Positions 25,501-35,350 of a stretch of 64,000 nt of DNA are shown here, piece after piece. The notes beneath the pieces were generated by a model that saw only the letters and a program-made list of their open reading frames with translations, was not told the origin of the DNA and searched no databases. The position numbers and the translations under genes were made by a program. The stretch's first letter is position 1. Each line of letters opens with the position of its first letter. Source of the stretch: Schmidtea polychroa (Eukaryota); NCBI GenBank assembly GCA_044892525.1, contig CM097885.1, forward strand, positions 27,964,001 through 28,028,000, given 5' to 3'.

Positions 25501-25832
25501 TTGTATTGAAAAAATTTTATTTGTATTGAAAATCCCAGGATCATCGAGACCCCCTCACTATAGTCTGAAAATTCCATGCTTTTTTAGTGGTAGTCGGATT
25601 TTTGTATAGAAAAATTTTTTTTGTATTGAAAATCCCAGGACCATCGTTTTTGTATAGAAAAAATTTTTTTGTATTGAAAATCCCAGGACCATCGAGACCC
25701 CCTCACTATAGTGTGAAAAATTGCGTAATCAAAAGTTGCAGCAAAAAAATTACGGCAACAAAAAAATTACGGCAGCAGAACCCCCCCCCCCCCCCCGAGG
25801 TCATTGCTGCCGTAGGCTACTATCTACCTACT

Positions 25833-26021
25833 TACATCGTATATTACAGTATCCTTAGTGAATTGTTCTTGCAAACCTTTAAATCTATTTTCTGACATAA
25901 GTCTAAGTAATTCTAATTTTTCTGTGTTCCAAGATATACTAACCTCATACATATTATATTGGAACATCAAATTTATGCGGGAAAAGGTATCGAAATTGAG
26001 GTCAATATCAGGAAGTGCCAT
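25833..26021 (-). pseudogene. 5' part of an unknown ORF interrupted by the Maverick-like element and the hAT (continues at 9990-10037 and 6426-6446)
   Basis: Removing both insertions (keeping one TSD copy each) gives an uninterrupted frame MALPDIDLNF...KDTVIYDVTHGIDIDILIILMIKIVLANMR*. Confidence 0.5.
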
Positions 26022-27133
26022 TAGATTGCGGACTATAAAAAGGAACTAAACTGGAATGAAGGGAGTTGAAAAGTAAAGAAAGAAGTTGAGAGAAAATAAG
26101 ATAAGACAGAATTTGTAAAGAGAAGAAAACTGAAATTGTAATGAAAGGAAGAAAATAAAGCTAAAACGAAACCCAACGACAATTACGAAATTACCGGAGA
26201 AGCGATTTAAGAAGTTAAAGTTATTGGATAAATTCGAGTCAAAGACAAAAAAGCAACTAGATCAAATTTACCGATCATTGAAACCGAAAACAGTAGTTGA
26301 ACGGTTGTGAGTTCTTAGTTGTATTGAAACGTGCTATTCCTAGTGAAGGGTTGTAATAAGCAATCAATTTGTCATTATAGCAGATTTTTATTTGAGTCGC
26401 TGTAAATTGGAAATCAATTGTGTTAATCAATAAAGTTTATATTGTCTGGAACTTTTTATTGTTATTAAAGAAGGTACGCTTTGAAGTCAGATCAATAATT
26501 GACAATATTTAATTTCACCGAAAACCCCAACAATATTGAATTTATATAAGTGGCAGAACTTCAAGCTTGAGTCAAATAACTAGTCTCATTATGGGTTTGT
26601 AGAGCATTCATTTGAAGAATGAAGGACAATTGCACTAATCCAATCATTGTGATCAGACGGCGGAAAACTGATCCATGAACAAACTTCATTGATTTTAATC
26701 TCATCAAAAGACTCATAACCGTAAATTTAATTAAATATTTCTATCAAATTCTTTGCAGGAATTTTATAAATAATACCACCCCCTGTTGATTTTGACGTAA
26801 TGGTTTGATTCAATTTTGCCTTCAATACGACCTAGTTCAAAATTCAAGGTTGATTTATGGTAAATTATTCAACAGCTTGACAATCTTCGTCAATAAATTC
26901 CTCGGATGCCATCTGAAAAAAAAATTTAATTAATAGTCTTTCAGAGTTTCCATGGTTGATTTTCAAAATACCATTGATCATGTTATCATGATAATGACCC
27001 TCGAAAATCCACATTGTTTTTTCTTACTTGATTAGATAACGGGCTCTTCGTACAATTTACTAATTGCATTTGTTAGAAAGCGTATGAAAATCCAAATTTG
27101 TTGCATACTTTTTCTTTACACTTTTAACTTTAA

Positions 27134-30100
27134 ACTTTTAACATTTTAATTTAATTATAATTAAACTTTTAGCTACTAATAAACTTTTATATAATAATTT
27201 GAACCCATGTAATAGCCCAAAGCCTAATATTCTGTAATCATTTTTTCTCTAAGATTTTGAAATCATATCGGCAGTTATATGTGCAAGTGCAGCAAAAAAT
27301 GAAAATCTGAGGAAAGGTGAAAATTACACCAAAAATAAGGCCTTCTATAGTTAAATTAGATTTTATGTTAAAACTTTTTTGCCATAGGTAAAAGTGCAAA
27401 ATAACTCGTTGATCGTTTGGTGTAGTATCAAAATAGTGCTGTTTGGGGGCACGCTAAATTAAGAGGCCCATGTCAAAAGACCCTCCTGACCCCCCACCCC
27501 TCTTCCGAGGCCTGGCCACAAGTGTCTGTGTGTATCCATCGAGCACTGTTGACAGTTTTTCTGATTATCGCAAATTCAATTAAGAAATAGTGTAAGATAA
27601 AGTAACAATCCAGTAGAAGAATTTTTTCATTACAACTAGTCAATAAATGTGCTATATTTGTGTCAAACAGTACAAATATCATTATATATCATTGGGATAA
27701 ATAATAAACAATGACACAAAATAAAATAACATAGGAATCAGGCCAGACAAATAAGTAACTGAAAATATTTACATCATATTAGATAAATAAAAAAACTTAT
27801 TTTTATTGAATAAAATAAATTAAAAAAAATTATTTTCCTAAATTTCGGCGTTTGATAAACCAATTTCATGAATTTCTGAATAATTTCAGGATTTTCAAAA
27901 TTGATTTCCTTGGTCAGTAATTATAAGTTACCATGAAGTTGCATAAAAATTATATAAATTAAACAAAATTCAACGGCTGCATACTTTTTTCTTAACCGTT
28001 TGCGGTTCTATGTCGAGTCTAACTCGACACTCCAATAATTAGTAATTGGAAGGTTCAGATTTCGTTGTATGTATATATTTACCTTTTATTAAAAAACGCA
28101 ATTTAGTTCAAGAAAATCAAATAAACAAAAAATCATTAAAACAATTGTAGATCTGGTGGGTAACTTGTTTTTACGGAGCGCAAAGGGTTTATTCAAATTT
28201 TTTCATCGATCTTTTTTGGCACTTTGATTAATTTGAGAACTATTTTATAGGGAAATTTTTTCTCCTCACAATTTCCAATAAAAAACTTTTTCAATTCTAA
28301 AAATAAAGATAATAATGCAAAAAATAAGGAAAAGTATTCAGTAAATAAAATATCAGGAAATAATTATTACATAATCAGTCAGAAAATTTGATATTTAAGC
28401 GTAAGTTCATCAGAAGATTTATAAAACAATTTCTAATGGTCAGATATTCAGGGACTTCATTTCTAAGAACGAATTCAATTCTGAAATTCGATCTGAAACC
28501 CATCGAAATCTCGGATGAAATAATTGAGGATTTATTCGTTAGATTTCTATCCGATGTCAAGTCTTGTAAAACCAGCATGTCAGCGATTTTCTGGAGATTA
28601 GAGAAGATGTATTGGTATTATGTCGATTCAAACAAATTGAAAGAAAAACAATCATCGCAACATTTTAAGAGATTTGTCATTGGCATTCGATACTATTTAC
28701 AGGAAATTCTCCCACTCAACATTGACATTGTCAATGAATATAACAAATGGAATTATAATCGCAGATTTATACCTCGAGCTAAAGCAATTATTGTTGACGA
28801 AAATATGGAAAACGTTTTGCTTACGAAATGTCACTATAATGACTATTATATTTTCCCCGGTGGGAAAGTAGAAGAAACCGATACGCATTTATTGGACACA
28901 GTAATCCGAGAAATCTACGAAGAAGTTGGAATAGACCTTTCTAATGTTGTAGATGAAGATTTATATTTTGATCATGTTCAATACAGTTTACTCAGTAGAT
29001 ACTATGTGATTCGCAATTTCAGAAAAGACACATTTTTACAGCCATTAATGGACAATGAGATTCAAGTGATAAAATGGTTCCCAATAAAGGATATTCCCGA
29101 TAATATGGAGCAATATAACATTTCATTAGAAAATATCAAACTTGTTGTTAATCCTCTGAAATATATGTCAAAATATTTGAATTAAATATTTCTATATGGA
29201 ATTTATGCCAACCAATGAGATGAGTTGACGGACGGTCCACGGATGAGTAACCAATTGAAACATTTATTTATATATTAGATTTGATATATTTCATTTGTTA
29301 CTCAAAATAAACAATTAATATTCAGGATTATTATTATTATTTTCTACTTTTCTAAATATTTAATATTGAAACAGGAGAGAAAGATAAGTAATTATAATTA
29401 GTTATTTATATTAACATTTTATATAAATATTTAAAATATTTAAATTTATAAAATTACTGCTTATTTTTAAATGGGACATAGATAATCAGGGATGTCGCGA
29501 GGTGCCCCCGTTTTGATAGAAATTATTTTAATGTAAGATGTTAAATGTGTGAAAAAATATAATGAAAATGAAGAAACAGACAGCTTAATTGTGTTAAAGT
29601 TGCACTAAATATTGTGTAGCTTCGTCTATCCCGTGTATTTACTGTATAAAATAGTTTTAGGGCACACTAAAACAGGCGATGTACCGTATTTCTTACTTAC
29701 TAGAAACATGAAGTAACAAAGTGCGTGGATGAAAGGAAAATCCACAACAAGTAGTATGGAGTAATGGGATGGGTAAGGAGTATTACGAAAGGTAAGGAGT
29801 AGTAGGAGGGGTAAGGAGTGATAGGAGGGGTAAGAAGTAGTAGGAGTAAAATGTAGTAGTAATATGAAAGGTAAGTAGTACTGTGAAGGGTAAGGAGTAG
29901 TATGAAGGAGTAGTATGAAATGTTAAAAAGTATAATATACAGAAGTATCAGATACTTATGCCTTATTAAGTCAAATGCAACTAAACGGGCACAACATATC
30001 CCTACAAATACACATGCTTATACAATACAAACAATCAGGAAATAAAATAAAACGAAAGACTCCAGATATAGACATCCGGTTGTGTGGTATCTGAAGAAGA

Positions 30101-30939
30101 GACCCATTCGGTAGGGCAGATTAGGTATATTGGTAAGAAATTTTGATTTTAAACGTGGATATCCGGCCATTTGATTCTGATTGCTGGACGGGTATGTTGA
30201 TTGTTAAGATATTTACAGATAGTTGAAGTTGAGTTGTTTCCATATGTGATGCTGCTATGTGATCCGTTGCATCTAGAAATTAAAGGAGAGGCACGCTTGG
30301 TGCTTTGAACATTGTAATTTATGAGATTATAGGATTATACGTATTTATAGTTAATAAGTAAGTAGACCTCAGGAGAGAGATAAGTAATTATAATTAGTTA
30401 TTTATATTTACATTTTTTGAAAGGTGATGTTGAAAAATAAATCATAGTTATAAAAATTATAAATAAAAGGTAATTTAATTCTTATTGAGATCTTGGGCTT
30501 GGTAAATTAGTTTATCTTAAAAAATAATAATCTTGGAAACAATCAAAAAATGGTTATATTGAAAACGGAATGCCGAAGAATGCGAAATTAAAGAATATCA
30601 ATTAACTATTAAATTTGAATTTGAAAAACGGCTTAGGTATAGGTCAAACGGGGGAATGATCATGGAGATAATGCTACTCGAATTCCATATTAAGACTAAA
30701 TATTTTTACCAGCAATGTAACCCCTAACAGGAACATGTTATATAAAATATAAAGGATTTTTATGTCACGGATTGCCTCACATTCCAAAAATTTACTTAAA
30801 ACTCGAAAAAATAAAAGTTATAAAAAATCTGATTTAACAATAAAGTGTGATTGCATATTATTTTTATTTATACTAATTTTTGGGTTTGGACTCGCTCAGA
30901 AAGAAATTGCATTAGCCGTATAAAGGCTAGGAAGATAGT
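27134..30939. repeat. Right arm of outer inverted repeat (partner ~452-4252)
   Basis: Reverse complement of the left arm; the inner breakpoint lies inside the hAT MITE. Confidence 0.95.
28388..29185 (+). CDS. DCP2: Dcp2-like mRNA-decapping Nudix hydrolase, copy 2; first ATG at 28436
   Basis: Identical protein to copy 1 except PLVDNE to PLMDNE. Confidence 0.85.
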   Translation: MIFKRKFIRRFIKQFLMVRYSGTSFLRTNSILKFDLKPIEISDEIIEDLFVRFLSDVKSCKTSMSAIFWRLEKMYWYYVDSNKLKEKQSSQHFKRFVIGIRYYLQEILPLNIDIVNEYNKWNYNRRFIPRAKAIIVDENMENVLLTKCHYNDYYIFPGGKVEETDTHLLDTVIREIYEEVGIDLSNVVDEDLYFDHVQYSLLSRYYVIRNFRKDTFLQPLMDNEIQVIKWFPIKDIPDNMEQYNISLENIKLVVNPLKYMSKYLN

Positions 30940-31044
30940 TATAATAATAATAATACGTAGATAATAATAACAATTACTAAATATATATATATATATATAT
31001 AAACATTACAAGCTTGGTGATACCCAGTGCAAATCCCAATGGGA

Positions 31045-31074
31045 GACTAGTTTCGAGCTTTTGGTTCTCATCAG
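31045..31074 (-). ncRNA. Minimal type I hammerhead ribozyme relic (Penelope-like)
   Basis: Minus strand CTGATGA-GAAC-CAAAA-GCTC-GAAACTAGTC: complete catalytic core, short palindromic stem III (ACTAGT) and GUC cleavage triplet. Stem II has one mismatch and stem I is degenerate. Confidence 0.55.
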
Positions 31075-32291
31075 TACTATGCAGGAGACGCGAAGATTTG
31101 TTATGTAATAAAAATAATGAGTTGTAGATTAAATACTTTATCAAAATAAATGTTTATAGTATTATTAAAATATTTTAATTCGTTAGTAACTCATATAATA
31201 GAAATAATTTTATTAAATAATTTCCTAACTTTAATGAAGATTCTTACCACCTGAGAATAATATTGTTAATTTTTCCTCTGTGTTATTAAAATTATCTTTC
31301 GACTTTACGCTTCTTACCATTTTAGAATAAGATTTTTTATCAAAATTTGTGATAATTTGACTGATTCAATTTGATGGAGTTGTTGTTAATTCGTTTTATT
31401 ATATATACTCTGAGTTTATCCGAGAAGATATTTTCTACCTCTATGGGTACTGTTCACAATTGGTACGGCTCGTAAGGGTACTAGTCGTTAAGGTACAGGT
31501 GTGTTTTAATTATTTTATTTAGGCAAATTTTTGGTTATTATTTAGCATTAAATTCATTGGTAATTTTTTAGAGTTGATGTTAGCGGGATTTTACTAACAT
31601 TATTACTAACATTTTTTGTGAATTTAGTGTTAATTCTAAGACTTAAATTTAATTAATTTCTTGATAATTTGCTATATTTTATTGACTTGTTTTTAAATTT
31701 AATTTTAAATAAACATTATTTTTAATGACAGTTAGGTTAATAATTAGAGTTTTTACAATAATCAAGTGATTATTATTTAATTTTTATGATGACTTTGTAA
31801 TGATATTGAATTTGACAAAATAATTTTTTCATATATTTTCTAAGAATACTGATGAACTTTTAAATATTGAAAATCTAAATGGTGGGTTACAGGTAATCTA
31901 AAGTGTCTACCTACTCGTGCTGTTTCCAGCGTAACTCAGAATACAATTGACAGCTGACCACTTGATACCCGTTGAGCAATCAACGTTGGTACTGTATCAA
32001 GGGTTTGAGTACTAGCAAAAGGTGAGCATGCTTAGCATACTATAATTGTCTAGTACCCACTGGGGTTCACGGACTGCCGATAGAAGGCTTATTTCCGATT
32101 TCTTTAGGTCCCCGTTACGACAATTATCATTATTGAAAAATCAGAATATCCGAACGCTAACGCAACAACAACAATTTTATTCGGATTGCACAATTTGTGT
32201 CGGAGTTCATGATGTCTTGATCAACTCCTTCGGGGTAATCACTAGCACTTTCGGTTGAAATGGTATTTGGGCCAGGCTGGCTTGTCTTATT

Positions 32292-32519
32292 TTAGCCCGT
32301 GCAGCCTTGCCTGGCCGAATCTTCTTCCTGGAGGGAATCCTTCGGCTTGTGGAGTAATTCGCTCATAGGTTGAATCTTGGAGATTACCTCTTGATCGATG
32401 GCCTGTTGGTGTACCTTGGTCTCCAGCTGCTTCACCCTCAGACGGAGAGCCCGCAACTCGACCTGGTCCTGAGCGCTCTGCAATTGTAGTTGTGAGATCA
32501 GCTTCATACGTTTCTTCAT
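32292..32519 (-). CDS. Coiled-coil-like ORF fragment in GC-rich island within the LTR-like element
   Basis: Heptad-like ELRALRLRVKQLETKV; GC-rich relative to flanks; probably frameshifted upstream. Confidence 0.35.
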   Translation of the reverse strand: MKKRMKLISQLQLQSAQDQVELRALRLRVKQLETKVHQQAIDQEVISKIQPMSELLHKPKDSLQEEDSARQGCTG

Positions 32520-33113
32520 CTCTGCTGGCGGGAACCAAGTGCTTTCGAAATTTCGGCAATGAGCCTTGATTCGCGTCAGCTTGGCCCGGTATTCCTCCGT
32601 CTGTCGTTGCGCTCATTCTCTGTCCTCCCGCATATCTTCCAGGAGTTTTAACACTAAAACAAATACAAAATAAATATCTTTTCGCACTTTCGTCAAGTGT
32701 CCACGCCTTATTGCTAACACCATCGCTATATAAGCTACAATTTCGACGTCGCAACCTCGTTTTAGTGCGCACCTAAACCCCAGATTTAGTCCTATGAGTT
32801 TTACTAAAACATTATGAGGTTGGTAGTAATAGGCAAAATCTAAAGGGATATCAGTTTACACGTATAAAATAAAGAAATCCAAACAATCAGCTTAATTTTA
32901 ATAAACAAAATATAAAAGAATAACAATTTACGCATAGATTAGAAGGAAATCAATACAGAATTACATGATCGCAACACTTTACACATCGATGATAGCAAAG
33001 TCAAGACATGCCAATTAATATTATATTGAGTAACATATCATTATCATTAACTGTATCGGGAAAGTGAATCCACTCGAAATCGCATCACAAGTCGCTGATA
33101 TTTGGCCCGGCGA

Positions 33114-33539
33114 TTACCTTGGTTGTGTTGGGTGGGTTTTCCGGTGACGTCCTCGCTTTCGTGGCTGATCTGGACCTCGCGGAGGACTTCTTGGGCGTTC
33201 CAGACCGCGGGGAATGACGGCTGTTCGTTTAGGGTAGCATTGAGATCGTGCGTAGCCGTCGACGTCCTCGAGCTCACCGGCCAGGGTTGCATTTTCGAGC
33301 TGCTGCAACCGGTCCACTGCTTCCTTTACATCTTCGAAGGCGTCAATCAGAGCCAGGGAGGTGTTATTGATTGAGGGTTCCGTTTTTGGGACCACCGGAA
33401 CCACATTCTGGCACGTACAATCGTGGATCTTATACCAGACCCACCGGGACCTCAGTCTGGTGATTTCTTCATCTTGACTTAGTCGAGTGGATTCGTCTGC
33501 CTCCTCTTGGGTTATGTTGAGTCTTGATGTAGATGCCAA
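33114..33539 (-). CDS. Unknown 141-aa ORF (coiled-coil plus basic/Pro-rich C-terminus) within the LTR-like element
   Basis: GC-rich open frame starting at TTG, TATA-like TATATAAAA ~40 bp upstream, basic tail PRKRGRHRK resembling an NLS. Confidence 0.4.
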   Translation of the reverse strand: MASTSRLNITQEEADESTRLSQDEEITRLRSRWVWYKIHDCTCQNVVPVVPKTEPSINNTSLALIDAFEDVKEAVDRLQQLENATLAGELEDVDGYARSQCYPKRTAVIPRGLERPRSPPRGPDQPRKRGRHRKTHPTQPR

Positions 33540-35262
33540 GGTTTATAAGTGCCAGTTACGAAATTAAAGTTCGTATATTTATATAGAGAATTAATAAATT
33601 TAGGTTTGATGAATTAATAGTTGGTACAGTAAAAATGGATAATTAAAATTTTATAAATTAAACTTCCAATGCCTATTGTTTAAATTATTCAAAAGTTTAA
33701 TTTATTAGTTTACTATACATGCAATATATTTCAAAAATTTTATGTCAATATTTTTAACAAGATTTGTGCTACTAGAACCCACTATGGGAAGCGTGTATTG
33801 TTAATTGTCTGAATTTATATTCAGCTCTTCGCAATCCCTGACCATAGTGGTTGTAAGTAGCTTCATCATCAACGGGGATTTACTAGGTAAGTTAATTTTT
33901 ACCATTTTTTATTGGTCTAATTTCAGAGATGGCTCTCCAAACATCCCGATTTAGTGATGAATTTTTAGTTGGATAACCTATTCGAGGTATTATTGTCTTT
34001 AGCGTGGTGGTCTATCATATGACTTCACACCCACGTGGGAGATATTCATTTTGAAGTTCCATTCGTCTCAAATTTGGGAATTTAGATAGCGAGTCTGATC
34101 TAAAAGGAAATTCGGATATAATTATTTTTCATGCCTATGCCCACCTCTGCCGGTAAGGCCTATCGTTTGGTGCACTAAGAATTACAGTTAATGATCTTTG
34201 ATAATTTGTCTTTTATATAATTAAATGCTACTTTTTTTTGGAAATGTTCGAAGTAATTATTACATGGATTTTTATTCGTATATAATTAAATGCTAATTTT
34301 GTTAGTTAATGTTTGAAGTAATTATTACTGGATTTTTATTAATTATATGATTTGGATTACTGATTTGCTAAACCAATTTGTAATGATGGTAATTTCTAAT
34401 TTCTCGCTGGTGGCATGTAAGAGCCTATGTTTTGGTTCGGGTGGTTAGGACTAGAAGAAGGTCCTTTACCCTTTACCACCTGCGAGGATAGATTTGCAGG
34501 AGTGTCGTAGGTGCTATGCTATGATCGTGGCTCCCTTAGTCATGGTCGACGGTGATTGGCTCGTTTACGAGGGAGCATGTATCGTTGGAGTTTTTGTCGA
34601 AGCAAGTTCGCTGGAGTACCCTTTAGCTTATCGAGTTGTTACTATTAATAGATGAAGTTTTATTGGTCAAATTTCGCCATCAAACAAAAATCAATAATTC
34701 GGATTTGAAAACAAATTTTATAAATAGTAACGTGTCAAAATCGATAAATTTCGGCTTAATAGTTAAAATACCAATTTTAAGTTAGATCTGATTAATGTAT
34801 AGAGGGAATCATAGGACCCCTTTTTTGTATTTACTTAACCAGACAATGCTGGTATTAAACAAAGAGTACTCTTAGATGGTATGGATTTAAAATTCAATAT
34901 TGATTAACTCACTAATACAGACATTAGTACCTAGGAATATAAAACATGCATTTCAGACTTAAAATTAATATTTATTAATTAAATAGTATAGGCATCAACA
35001 TATAACTTTAGAAAACAATTTTAGGTATTACTGGTAATAATAATGAAATGAATGAGGTTAATATTATTAATGTGAAATTTGGGGAAATGATAACGACCAG
35101 GATGATGATACCAATAGCTTTATTAGGTTGGATTTAACAAATGTAATAATAGCAATAATAGTGATGACGAAGCTGGCGGTATTATTAAGGTGAAATTTGT
35201 AGAAATAATAGTAATAATGGTATTACAGAGGGTAATGTCCTCATGATAAAATTTGTAAAGGC

Positions 35263-35349
<87 letters not shown>
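35263..35349. repeat. (AAT)29 microsatellite within degenerate ~60-bp repeats (~35030-35760)
   Basis: Directly visible. Confidence 0.9.

Positions 35350-35350
<1 letters not shown>

Larger units (their letters stand above)
10044..25832. mobile_element. Non-coding, almost fully palindromic Polinton/Maverick-like element (15,789 bp)
   Basis: Perfect terminal 17-bp IR AGTAGGTAGATAGTAGC / GCTACTATCTACCTACT (5'-AG...CT-3'), perfect 6-bp TSD TACATC (10038-10043, 25833-25838), arms ~10044-17615 and ~18570-25832, no credible ORFs. Confidence 0.8.

Noticed and set aside
10044..25832. Palindrome as an assembly or chimeric-read artefact
   Set aside because: The arms differ by many substitutions, indels and repeat copy numbers, there is a unique spacer, and a perfect TSD plus a restorable flanking ORF bracket it. 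Long-read confirmation is still advisable.
26300..27110. Possible spliced gene relic on the minus strand
   Set aside because: Splice-like signals and short coding-like stretches are present, but I could not build a consistent frame or recognise a family.
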